Positions 1 to 8,432 of a DNA stretch of 64,000 nt are shown piece after piece. Both the position numbers and the translations under genes were made by a program. This stretch comes from Gemmatimonadota bacterium (GTDB taxonomy: Bacteria; Gemmatimonadota; Gemmatimonadetes; Gemmatimonadales; GWC2-71-9), in the NCBI GenBank assembly GCA_039586365.1, contig JBDHKN010000009.1:10354-74353 (forward strand). Reading direction: 5' to 3'. Every line of letters begins with the position of its first letter. Positions within the stretch are counted from its first letter, which is position 1. The notes below the pieces were generated by a model. The model did not search any database and was not told the DNA's origin. It was given only the letters and a program-made list of their open reading frames with translations.

Positions 1-2
1 AC

Positions 3-416
3 AGCTACGACATGAACGACGATCCGATCCCGTACCAGCGCGAGAAGACAAGCCAGTCGCCGACCATGGTGTTGCGGGAGGACATGCCATTCATCGTGGT
101 GGGGTCGGCAGGCAGCAGCCGGATTCCAGGTTCCATCATGCGAGCCATCGTAAATGTCATCGATCACGGAATGACACTGGGGGAGGCATTGGCCGCGCGG
201 CGCTGGTTCATCTATGAGAACGAACTCCGGATCGAGGTGACAGACCTTGCGGAATCGACTTTGGGTTCGCTCCGAGACTACGGCTACACGCTGCGTACCT
301 ACGACGGATTGGACAGCTACTTCGCCAGCGTCCACGCCGTCATGTTCGACCGCTCAGCCGGAATTCTGCACGGGGCCGCCGACCCGAGGGACTTTGGAGC
401 GGCCGGAGGGCGCTAG
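3..416 (+). CDS. ggt: Gamma-glutamyltransferase family protein, C-terminal fragment (5'-truncated by window edge)
   Basis: Frame open from the window start. Has a TSQSPTMV motif (cf. SSMSPT), GSAGSSRI (cf. GSPGGSRI), NVIDHGM...AL..RR and terminal GAADPRD-G, all typical of the GGT small subunit. Confidence 0.85.
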   Translation, partial: SYDMNDDPIPYQREKTSQSPTMVLREDMPFIVVGSAGSSRIPGSIMRAIVNVIDHGMTLGEALAARRWFIYENELRIEVTDLAESTLGSLRDYGYTLRTYDGLDSYFASVHAVMFDRSAGILHGAADPRDFGAAGGR

Positions 417-801
417 TCACGGGAGCCGTGAGCTCCACGGTCGGCCTCAGGTCGCAGCCGAGTGGGCCCCCGGCCGAGACGTTTCACGTGCGGCGAGCTA
501 GCTCGGCGTTTGTACCTGTCACGGCTGCTCTCCGCGTCATGCTCGACAGTAGCTCGTTCGGGGTCGCTCCGGACCAGTGCACCCGCAAGACCGTCACATT
601 GGCTCCGTCCCTAGCGCCGTGCAGCGGGCCTGACAGTGCCGCACCCAGACTGGGATACAGAATGAAGAAGCTACGCGAGGTCCTTCAATTGATGTCATCC
701 TTTCTTGCCTTCGAAGCACGACCCAATTGGTATGGCGCTCAATCAAGACACACCAAGTCCCGCCACGAGCCTACCAGCCCTTTTCCCAGCGCTAGGCGCA
801 T

Positions 802-1665
802 GTGTTAGAGGACACCGATTCGCGATTTAGTGGGGACCTGGGAGTTCCTGGGGCCCCTTTTCTCCGCAGGCTGCGTCATTTCGCGTGCGGTTCCGGGGTA
901 ACAACTGAAGTTGGTGACACCGGATTGTATCATGCTGTGCGGCGATTCTTTGAGGCGTTCGACGATGAGCGTGAAGACCACCATGTATCTGTCTCGCTGA
1001 TGCCGATACCCGATGGCTATGCAGTGACACAGCCGGGGGAACGGACTGTAGTGTGTGACTCAACTTCAGATGCAATAGCCGCTTATGAGTTTGCCGTTAC
1101 AAACAACCTCCTCAGAGGCTGCGATCACGTTCAGATCCACTCGTCGGGCTCAGTCCTAAACGACCGAGCCGTTCTGGCTTTGGGGGCATCGGGCGCGGGA
1201 AAGTCCAGTCTTGCACTGGCGTGGCTAGCTGCGGGTTACCCCACTCTGGGAGACGACGTCGTGCATCTCGCTGCCGACGGTCGCGCGCTTCCCTTCAAGC
1301 GACTGTTCAAGGTCTCTCCCGAGATGCTGCAACTCGTGGGAATAGATCCGGCCACAACGCCATTCTGGAATGCGGAATGCGAAGAGGCATGGTACGATCC
1401 CGACGACGCGGCGGGTTGGGCAGACACAGCTCAAGTGGAATTGGTAGCGCTGTGTCGCAGGCAGGTCGGCGCCCGGCTGTCCGTTCGACCAGTCGATCGC
1501 ACCGCCGGACTCAATGCTCTCATGCATAGCCTGATGGAGACGTGCCGCTGTGCAGAGAATAGCCTCGATATTCTGGTGGAGGTCGTCAAGCACGCTCGCG
1601 TGGTTGAGGTCACCTTCGAGTCGGCTTTGCCAGCCGCAGCAGCCATCACAGAATACCTGCAATGA
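802..1665 (+). CDS. HPr kinase-related P-loop kinase
   Basis: HSSGSV...AVLALGASGAGKSSL (Walker A) followed by GYPTLGDDVV, the HprK/PEPCK-type DD signature. Stop overlaps the next gene (ATGA). GTG start uncertain. Confidence 0.8.
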   Translation: MLEDTDSRFSGDLGVPGAPFLRRLRHFACGSGVTTEVGDTGLYHAVRRFFEAFDDEREDHHVSVSLMPIPDGYAVTQPGERTVVCDSTSDAIAAYEFAVTNNLLRGCDHVQIHSSGSVLNDRAVLALGASGAGKSSLALAWLAAGYPTLGDDVVHLAADGRALPFKRLFKVSPEMLQLVGIDPATTPFWNAECEEAWYDPDDAAGWADTAQVELVALCRRQVGARLSVRPVDRTAGLNALMHSLMETCRCAENSLDILVEVVKHARVVEVTFESALPAAAAITEYLQ

Positions 1666-2774
1666 CAGTTGAGGTAGCTCGGTCGTTCGCGCAAATCCTC
1701 GCGCGGTCCGCGGCAGAACTCGGGAGCCGGGATCCAGGTGCTGGGAACCGGCTGGCCGCGGGCTTCGGGATCCTGGGGTTCCTTGCTCGCAATACCGGCG
1801 ATGGGCGGGACGAAGCACTGGAGGGCGCCAGACTACTTGCCGGGATTATCGAGTCTACGCTGTTCGAAGCGGCGGTTCAGATCTCGCGCGCGCTGTCGGT
1901 TGGGACGGTACCGCATTTCTTCGTGAAGGGGATCGCCCTGTCCGGTCGAGCGTACCGGTCCGGCGACCGAGAAATGGCTGACATCGACCTGCACGTGATG
2001 CCTAGCCTGTGGTCCAGAGCAGTCAATATCCTGAGCGATCTGGGCTACACATTGCTGCCGCCCGAAGAACAAGACGGACCCGCAGCTCTGCGAGCTGGAG
2101 TAGCGCTGCAAAGAGGCTCAGCGGGTTCGGAGATCACCGACATTGCAGTGGACCTCAGATGGGGCCTGGATCCGGTGAACCGATTGTTGCCACGGCCCGA
2201 TCTGCCCGTCCCGCAGACTGTCTGGAGAGACCTCGATCGGACAGGACCGATACCGGTGCCGTCCGATCACCATCACGCTGCGCTGATCGTTCACCACCTA
2301 GTCCATCACGACATGTTGCACGTTCGCGGCCTACTGGATCTAGCGCTGCTATGGAGTCGACTGTTACCCGAAGGTGGCAGGAAGTTCGAAGACTTGGCGC
2401 GCGAACTCGGGGTGCTGCGGGCTTCACGAATGCTGGGAAAGGTGCTGGTGAAACACTTCGATCTCTCACCGTGCGGACTGGAAGCTCCACCGGACGATGT
2501 GAGAAGTCGCAGGGCCCTGGCACTGCTCGAACCAGTACGTTGGTGCTGCTGGGCCGCGCGCGCCAGTGAGAGCGAGTTTGTGGAGATCACGTGGCTGCGC
2601 GTTCGGAGACGGTTACTGTTTCTCGACAGCTTGCGGTCAGTGCCGGCTCTGGTACAGGACGCGGTGCTTCCGCCCAGGGAGTACCTGCGTTGGCGCTGGC
2701 CGTATTCGAGATCGGCGGCCACAGCCTTGGGCCGGCATCTCAGTCGAGTGATTGCGAAGACTTTCGTGCGCTAG
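1662..2774 (+). CDS. Nucleotidyltransferase family protein (NTP_transf_5-like)
   Basis: FVKGIALSGRAY...REMADIDLHV matches the KG-x-L...Y...R-x-M-x-DIDL signature. Also has a His-rich HHLVHH...LLDL helix. Confidence 0.85.
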   Translation: MTVEVARSFAQILARSAAELGSRDPGAGNRLAAGFGILGFLARNTGDGRDEALEGARLLAGIIESTLFEAAVQISRALSVGTVPHFFVKGIALSGRAYRSGDREMADIDLHVMPSLWSRAVNILSDLGYTLLPPEEQDGPAALRAGVALQRGSAGSEITDIAVDLRWGLDPVNRLLPRPDLPVPQTVWRDLDRTGPIPVPSDHHHAALIVHHLVHHDMLHVRGLLDLALLWSRLLPEGGRKFEDLARELGVLRASRMLGKVLVKHFDLSPCGLEAPPDDVRSRRALALLEPVRWCCWAARASESEFVEITWLRVRRRLLFLDSLRSVPALVQDAVLPPREYLRWRWPYSRSAATALGRHLSRVIAKTFVR

Positions 2775-2825
2775 AGTCGCAGGGCTCGTTCTTGCCCGGC
2801 ATGAAGCGGTTTCCTAGTTTGCGGC

Positions 2826-3113
2826 ATGACCTCATCAACCTCTGACGTGGGTCCCAAGGGCCGTTCTGACGTGGTCTTCCGGCAACTCGATGATGGATGG
2901 GTGTTGTTTGACCCACGCGCGACGAAGCTTCATGCTTTGAACCTGTCCGCGGCGCTCGTGTGGGCGCACTGTGATGGCGGGTACGATGCAGACGGAATTG
3001 CCCAGGCACTCGCTGCATCGTTCGACCCGCCGGTTTCCATGTCCCGGGCCCGACAGGACGTCGACGCAACTCTGAAACGGTTTCGAGCAGCCGGACTCCT
3101 CGAGCCGAAGTGA
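2826..3113 (+). CDS. PqqD-family protein / stand-alone RiPP recognition element (RRE)
   Basis: 95 aa. VVFRQLDDGWVLFD...LHALNLSAALVWAHCDG...IAQALAASF...DVDATLKRFRAAGLL fits the PqqD fold (3 strands + 3 helices). Confidence 0.9.
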   Translation: MTSSTSDVGPKGRSDVVFRQLDDGWVLFDPRATKLHALNLSAALVWAHCDGGYDADGIAQALAASFDPPVSMSRARQDVDATLKRFRAAGLLEPK

Positions 3114-3117
3114 CTTA

Positions 3118-4269
3118 GTGCAGTACTATCGCGATCTCTTGGCCCAGGTGCCGCGGATAGAGGCGTTCCGTGCGGCGATCCGTCGCGTGGTCCGACCGGA
3201 CGACCGTGTACTGGAGGTGGGCACCGGATTGGGTACCTACGCCTTTTTCGCGGCTGACGCGGGCGCCGCGCGCGTGTGGGCGGTGGAAGGGAATGCGGTC
3301 GTGCACGTGGCCGAGACGATCGCGCGATTGAACGGTTATGGCGGGAAGATTGACTTCATGCGAGGCTGGATACCGGAGGTCCAGTTACCCGAGCGTGCCA
3401 CGGTTCTGATTTTTGAGGATTTCCCGGCCCGGCTGCTGGACAGCAGAACCTTCACCTTGCTCAGGAATCTGCATGAGTCATATCTCGAGGCTGGTGCCCG
3501 CGTGGTCCCGGCGAAGGCCCAGTTGTTCTTGGCACCAGTTGGTTTCGCGATGTCCGTTGATCTGCTGGGTGAGGCAGATGACGTAGCGTACGGGATCGAC
3601 TGGAAACCGAGTCGGGAGTATTGGGCGAATACGCCGCACCATACCGCCGTACCCGGACACGCCGTAGCTGGCGATCCGGTGGCTATTGGAGAGATCGACT
3701 TCGGCCTCCACCCGGATGCTGGGGTCTTGGGCGGCGAGGCCAGCTGGATCTGGGACCATGATGTCGTGGTTCATGGCCTGGCCTACTGGTTCGACTTGGA
3801 TCTTGGTGGAGATCAGCACCTGTCCAACGCACCCGGGGCCGAGCCGGCTTCTTGGGGCCAACTCCTGCTGTCCATCGACTCACCCATTACGGTAGCTGCG
3901 GGGGCGGAACTGCGAGCGGCGGTGGCCTGTGACAACTTCCCAGACGGTGCGCCTGGCTGGCTCAGGTGGAGTGCCAAGACTGCCGCGATGAGCGGTGGAG
4001 GCCACGAGTTCGCAGCGAGGCCGGCATCGTTCGCTGACCTCTACAACCAATCACCCGACGCCGTGCCGCGTTTGAGCGCGCAGGGGGAGCTGGAGCTGCA
4101 AGTAATGCGGCTCACAGACGGGAAGCGGACAATATGCCAGATTGCAGAGGAAGTGCGCCGGGTGCAGCCGCGATTGAGAGAGCTCGATGCCCAGCGCCTT
4201 GTGGTGCGCATGTTGGCGGGGAAACTTGAACAGCCTGCGTGGCGTGATGTTGCCGAGGCAGGAGGTTGA
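3118..4269 (+). CDS. PRMT-like SAM-dependent methyltransferase with a C-terminal RRE/winged-helix-like tail
   Basis: N-terminal RIEAFRAAI helix, VLEVGTGLG motif I, AGAARVWAVE post-I, IFEDF..LLD in the double-E loop position, VHGLAYWFDL...LSNAP...SWGQ beta-barrel/THW-loop equivalent, and a C-terminal TDGKRTICQIAEEV helix motif. Confidence 0.8.
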   Translation: MQYYRDLLAQVPRIEAFRAAIRRVVRPDDRVLEVGTGLGTYAFFAADAGAARVWAVEGNAVVHVAETIARLNGYGGKIDFMRGWIPEVQLPERATVLIFEDFPARLLDSRTFTLLRNLHESYLEAGARVVPAKAQLFLAPVGFAMSVDLLGEADDVAYGIDWKPSREYWANTPHHTAVPGHAVAGDPVAIGEIDFGLHPDAGVLGGEASWIWDHDVVVHGLAYWFDLDLGGDQHLSNAPGAEPASWGQLLLSIDSPITVAAGAELRAAVACDNFPDGAPGWLRWSAKTAAMSGGGHEFAARPASFADLYNQSPDAVPRLSAQGELELQVMRLTDGKRTICQIAEEVRRVQPRLRELDAQRLVVRMLAGKLEQPAWRDVAEAGG

Positions 4270-4272
4270 GGA

Positions 4273-4536
4273 ATGTCGCAGGAAGATAGACGAGCCTTTC
4301 TCAAGAAGCTGGCCAAAGGAACAGTTTACGCCGCTCCGGTGGTGCATTCGCTGGCGGCACCGCTCGACCTCGTGGGGCAGGGTAAATCGTCTGAACACAA
4401 GCGCGAACGCGGGAGCCGGGCAGCGACGGCGTCCCCCGGCGGGAGCAGCGTTACTCAGCAGACGGACATCGGTGCTCCGCCGCCGGGGCAGCAACCGCCG
4501 CCGGGGCAGCCTAACCGGCCGCCATTCCAGCGATAG
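4273..4536 (+). CDS. Small peptide, putative RiPP precursor/substrate with twin-Arg-like leader and Pro/Gln-rich tail
   Basis: GGAGG about 7 nt upstream of the ATG (plus GAGGA abutting it), 3 nt after the methyltransferase stop. Sequence MSQEDRRAFLKKLAKGTVYAAPVVHSLAAP... contains a YxxP motif. Confidence 0.7.
   Translation: MSQEDRRAFLKKLAKGTVYAAPVVHSLAAPLDLVGQGKSSEHKRERGSRAATASPGGSSVTQQTDIGAPPPGQQPPPGQPNRPPFQR
4477..4510 (+). repeat. Direct repeat CCGCCGCCGGGGCAGC x2 (18-nt period) encoding PPPGQ x2
   Basis: Copies read directly at 4477-4492 and 4495-4510. Confidence 0.9.
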
Positions 4537-5082
4537 TTCCAGGAGCCCTCGATGGAGTTCTGGGGCTCGCTACAACTTGATATCTGCCGTGCTCCCTCAG
4601 CGGGCTGTCGGGCGGGGGGAGTTGCCGGAGGTGCCGCCCGCCATTCCTGCATGGAAAGCTGAGCCAGCCTGGTTTCTCCCTCGCTTCTGAATTAGTCAGG
4701 AAACCAGTCTCCCTTCACGGCGCTCTGCCTGGCCAACTATGGGCCGTTTGAATCTCGTAGCAATCGGCGGGGCAGGCAGCGTTGGCGACGGGCAGCCAGA
4801 CTCACGGCGGCTCTCGCAGAACGGGTCTCCGTCGCGGTATTCAGCCGATCCATGCCTCGCGTCTTCGCTGGCGTTTGCCGGATCGCATCCCGTGTGTTCC
4901 AGGTCACCGCAGAAATCTGCGTCACATACCATCTTGTCGTAGTCGAGCTGGAGGTGCTGCGGGAGATGGATTCAGGAGAGGATTTGGTGGTTTTGGATCT
5001 CGATTGCTCTTGACCAATGGTCGCGAAGCGGATCATATTACCCGCCCCTTCCTGGCGTTCGTAGCAAAAGGATTTCAAGCAG

Positions 5083-5328
5083 ATGGCGTGGAGAGTAATC
5101 GACACAGACGGAGAAGAGTGGCAGGTCCAAGCCGCAGCCGAACGTAGAGCCAACACCAAGCTGTGGCAACTGAGCTTGTCTTTCCGGCCGCGGAGCTCGG
5201 ACCGGGAACCTCGAGCCATCTGGGCCCAGTATCCACTAGAATCTGTCTCGAAATCCAGTCTGTTTCAGGCAGCGGACCGCATTTCGGACGAGGACCTCAG
5301 GGAGATTCTCGTCCAACACATCTCCTGA
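5083..5328 (+). CDS. Small hypothetical protein
   Basis: 81 aa of protein-like composition (MAWRVIDTDGEEWQV...L.F...ISDEDLREIL). First of three co-oriented small ORFs. Confidence 0.75.
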   Translation: MAWRVIDTDGEEWQVQAAAERRANTKLWQLSLSFRPRSSDREPRAIWAQYPLESVSKSSLFQAADRISDEDLREILVQHIS

Positions 5329-5352
5329 CCGGTCGTTTGACTGGAGTTCGAC

Positions 5353-5607
5353 ATGCCAATCGCCCCTGTGCAGGACCTCCGCCGCATAGCCGAGGCGGTG
5401 GGACAGTTGCGCGGGCGTACAGTTGAGGACGTGCAAGTACGCTCAGATTGCCGTTTCCTGCGGATAGCGTTGGAGGGAGGACAGATCCTCCTGATTTCGG
5501 CATTGATTGATGAATTCGGTAAGCCGCGTCTGGACGTAGATCTACTGCGTGCCCCCGAAGAGTTGGCTCACAGGCAGCTTGAGGTGCCGTTTAGCGTCCA
5601 GGAATAG
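5353..5607 (+). CDS. Small hypothetical protein
   Basis: GGAG RBS upstream. 84 aa of globular beta-rich sequence, co-oriented with its neighbours. Confidence 0.7.
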   Translation: MPIAPVQDLRRIAEAVGQLRGRTVEDVQVRSDCRFLRIALEGGQILLISALIDEFGKPRLDVDLLRAPEELAHRQLEVPFSVQE

Positions 5608-5627
5608 CGCCACAACAAGGAGTTGGA

Positions 5628-6041
5628 ATGACCACCGGGCGAGCGCCCGAGCGACTCAGATTCGTCGATTTCGAGTTCGCGACGGAGGCGAGTGGGCAGT
5701 GTCACTCGCGAGTGGTGCTGGAATGGACGCCGGGAGCCTCGTTCGTGGGTGAAGCGAGGGGGTTGGCGTCCGCCGCCGGGGAGTTGAGATGTGCGGCCGA
5801 AGCCACGGTTGACGCACTTGAGAAGGCTGTGGAGGGGAAAGTGAAGCTGGAGCTACTTGGAGTTAAGGCTGTGAGGGCATTTGATTCAGTCGTCGTTATC
5901 GTTTCCCTGTCTTGCCACAACGGATTCGCGCAGCGCGTCGTGGGTTCCTATCTCTCGGCAGATGAGGTCCCCCGCGGGGCCGCCTTGGCGGTGCTGAATG
6001 CCACGAACCGCCTGCTCGGGAATATCGTCTTCGTCCGATGA
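5628..6041 (+). CDS. Hypothetical protein (duplicated alpha/beta unit ending A.A.L.A.NR)
   Basis: AAGGAG RBS. Stop overlaps the mltD start (ATGA). Two similar units (CAAEATVDALE / GAALAVLNATNR). Confidence 0.75.
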   Translation: MTTGRAPERLRFVDFEFATEASGQCHSRVVLEWTPGASFVGEARGLASAAGELRCAAEATVDALEKAVEGKVKLELLGVKAVRAFDSVVVIVSLSCHNGFAQRVVGSYLSADEVPRGAALAVLNATNRLLGNIVFVR

Positions 6042-7561
6042 CAAAGCCCTGTTGGACTAACCGTTGGCTCTACGCCGGCGGGGCGATGCTGATCCTCGCA
6101 CCGGCCTGTTCGCGCGGACCAAACGACTTGGCTATCCGGCCGGATTCGTCACAGGATGTACCCGAGGAAAGACCTGTGGCGGTTGCGGCGCCGGTTCCGT
6201 CACCGGAGGACTCCGCTGCAGACCTCAGGGCACTCGAAGCGCTTAAGAACCTGGAGTATCGCAGTGTGGCGAAGGGCGCCGACCATGTGCATGGAACTCT
6301 GACGGCGTCAGACCTAGGTGATGTTGCGTCCAGCTCGGGAATCACCCCACCACGCGCGACGCCAGGCCCACGTGGTGGACCGGCGCGAGCAGCTGGGCCG
6401 AGCTACGATATCGATGTAGAGTCGTACGCGGACCATGAAAGGGTCGAGTATTACAAGGAGTTCTTCCTGGGTCCCTCCCGGGAACGTTTCTCCATCTGGC
6501 TGGGGCGACTGAATCGATATGAGGGGATGATCAGGAACCGGTTCCGTGCCTATGGCGTTCCTGAGGACCTCGTGTATCTGGCCATGATCGAGAGTGGTTA
6601 CTCGAATACGGCCGTGTCCCGGGCCAGCGCAGTGGGGATGTGGCAGTTCATGGCGGGGACGGCTCCTCGCTACGGGCTCGTCGTAGATGAATGGGTGGAT
6701 GAGCGTCGGGATCCGTTCAAGGCAACCGATGCGGCTGCGCAGTACCTAGCGGAGGCGAAAGAGCAATTCGGCTCTTGGTACCTGGCAGCGGCGGCGTACA
6801 ACGGCGGCCCGAACCGAGTATTGCGGGGTATCCGGCGGCTGGGAGATACGCTGACGAGTGACGAGACGTTCTTCGAATTGTCGGACCGGCGCTGGCTTCG
6901 GCGCGAAACCCGCGACTATGTCCCCAAGCTCATAGCCGCAACTTTGATCGCCAAGGCGCCATTGAGCTCCGGGTTCGACAGCATCCCGTACCTGCAACCG
7001 CTGGTGTTCGACGAGATTACGGTTCCCGGCGCCACAGGCCTGGACGTTCTGGCCGACCTAGCGGATACGACGGTCAGGGCGCTGGTGGAGCTCAATCCGC
7101 ACTACTACCGCGGTGTCACACCTCCCAAGAGCAACGCGATTGTTCGGTTGCCGCGTGGCACCGGCAGTATGGTCGCACGGCGCTACGCCGAGTTGCCGCC
7201 GGAGGAGAGGGTGAACTTCCTCCAGCACAAGATCGCTAGGGGCGAGACACTTGGCGAGATCGGGCAGCGCCATGGAGTGAGCGTGAGGCTCTTGATGGCG
7301 GCCAATCCCGGTGTGGAGCCACGGCGCCTGCGGATTGGGCAGCGGCTCGTAATCCCCGTTAGCTCAGCCGCAAGAGCTGCTCCCAGGTCGGCACCAAGCG
7401 TGCTGCGATCTGGTACCCGCTACCATTTAGTCAGCTGGGGCGAGAGCCTGTGGGTGATCGCTCGTAGGTATGGAGTGACGGTCGAGAACCTGCTGCGTTG
7501 GAATGGTATGGGCCGGGACGATGTGTTGCACGCAGGTCGGAGGATAGTGGTAGCGCCGTAG
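6038..7561 (+). CDS. mltD: Membrane-bound lytic murein transglycosylase D-like (SLT + two LysM), probable lipoprotein
   Basis: LAMIESG catalytic Glu, AVGMWQFM, AAYNGG, ETRDYVPK, two LysM repeats (HKIARGETL; HLVSWGESLW), and a lipobox-like LAPAC. Confidence 0.9.
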   Translation: MTKPCWTNRWLYAGGAMLILAPACSRGPNDLAIRPDSSQDVPEERPVAVAAPVPSPEDSAADLRALEALKNLEYRSVAKGADHVHGTLTASDLGDVASSSGITPPRATPGPRGGPARAAGPSYDIDVESYADHERVEYYKEFFLGPSRERFSIWLGRLNRYEGMIRNRFRAYGVPEDLVYLAMIESGYSNTAVSRASAVGMWQFMAGTAPRYGLVVDEWVDERRDPFKATDAAAQYLAEAKEQFGSWYLAAAAYNGGPNRVLRGIRRLGDTLTSDETFFELSDRRWLRRETRDYVPKLIAATLIAKAPLSSGFDSIPYLQPLVFDEITVPGATGLDVLADLADTTVRALVELNPHYYRGVTPPKSNAIVRLPRGTGSMVARRYAELPPEERVNFLQHKIARGETLGEIGQRHGVSVRLLMAANPGVEPRRLRIGQRLVIPVSSAARAAPRSAPSVLRSGTRYHLVSWGESLWVIARRYGVTVENLLRWNGMGRDDVLHAGRRIVVAP

Positions 7562-7660
7562 TGGGGGCCGCATGAGGCGCGCGAACTGTAGGGGCGCAGG
7601 AGATCGGGTCGGGACGTTACCCGCACCTCTTGAATCACGCAGATTCCCGCTGAGTCCGCT

Positions 7661-8374
7661 TCAATTCCCTCCTGGATACCCTTCCATCAATGACGACGGG
7701 TAGCCGTTGTCGGGATTCTGTCCTTCCTCCAACAGCGTCTTGATTCTGGTGGGCCCCCGGTTGTAGGCCAGCAGCGCCAGACGCATGTCACCGTAGGTTT
7801 CCATCAGGTCGCGCAGGAATCGGAAACCGATCCTCAGGTTGGTTTCCGGCTCATAGAGTTGTTCGGCTGTGATGGAGGGATCGTAAAAACGCGCTGTTGC
7901 AACCTGAACCTGGGCCAAACCGAGAGCTTTGGCTGTGCTCGTGGCCCGCGGGTTGAATCCACTCTCCAAGTTCACCAAGCGGAATCCCAGTTCCGGATCG
8001 ATTCCCTCACGGAGTGCGATGTCGTAAACCAGAGCAGTGAAATCGGCAGGAATCCGATAGCGTGTGGAGTAGAGCAATAGCGATTCGGCACGCTCGAGCT
8101 TGAGTCGGACCAACTCCAATTCAGCCGTTGTCGAGTCGAGTGTGGTCCGCAGCCTCGCGTATTCGGAAAGGACGGCCGCACCAGTGTAGGTCTCGGATTC
8201 CGCTGATGCCGTCGCCCGGGGTGGCCATCCTCCTACCACGGTCGCGAACAGAATGAGTGCTGCAAACAGGGCCAATCCCCGCAGTATCAACTTCTGTGTT
8301 GCCGAGAATCGGTTCCGACCGTGCCGCGGAGCTACGGTTGCCTCAGCGATCAGGCGCTTTGTCAGGTCCACCAT
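7661..8374 (-). CDS. Lytic transglycosylase (SLT domain) with N-terminal TM helix and coiled coil
   Basis: LVNLESGFNP.A.S...ALGLAQV...NLRIG...ALLAYNRGP SLT motifs. Confidence 0.85.
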   Translation of the reverse strand: MVDLTKRLIAEATVAPRHGRNRFSATQKLILRGLALFAALILFATVVGGWPPRATASAESETYTGAAVLSEYARLRTTLDSTTAELELVRLKLERAESLLLYSTRYRIPADFTALVYDIALREGIDPELGFRLVNLESGFNPRATSTAKALGLAQVQVATARFYDPSITAEQLYEPETNLRIGFRFLRDLMETYGDMRLALLAYNRGPTRIKTLLEEGQNPDNGYPSSLMEGYPGGN

Positions 8375-8380
8375 CCTTAG

Positions 8381-8432
8381 ATCTCTACCTCCATCTCTTA
8401 TTCTCTACCTCCATCTTTCATTCTCTACCTCT
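8381..8432. repeat. 20-bp tandem repeat (about 2.6 copies of (A/T)TCTCTACCTCCATCT(C/T)T(T/C)A)
   Basis: Units at 8381-8400, 8401-8420 and a partial unit at 8421-8432, between the moaC stop and the SLT gene start. Confidence 0.85.

Noticed and set aside
428..808. 126-aa ORF upstream of the kinase as a second precursor
   Set aside because: No recognisable motif and spurious-looking composition. More likely an intergenic or promoter region.
802..4536. Calling the cassette a lasso peptide cluster
   Set aside because: There is no asparagine-synthetase-like cyclase or transglutaminase-like B2 peptidase in the window, and the peptide lacks a clear T-x-G/ring-acceptor layout.
4696..5219. Several overlapping ORFs between the peptide and the 5083 gene
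   Set aside because: No frame is convincingly protein-like or has a recognisable family. A decayed gene cannot be excluded.
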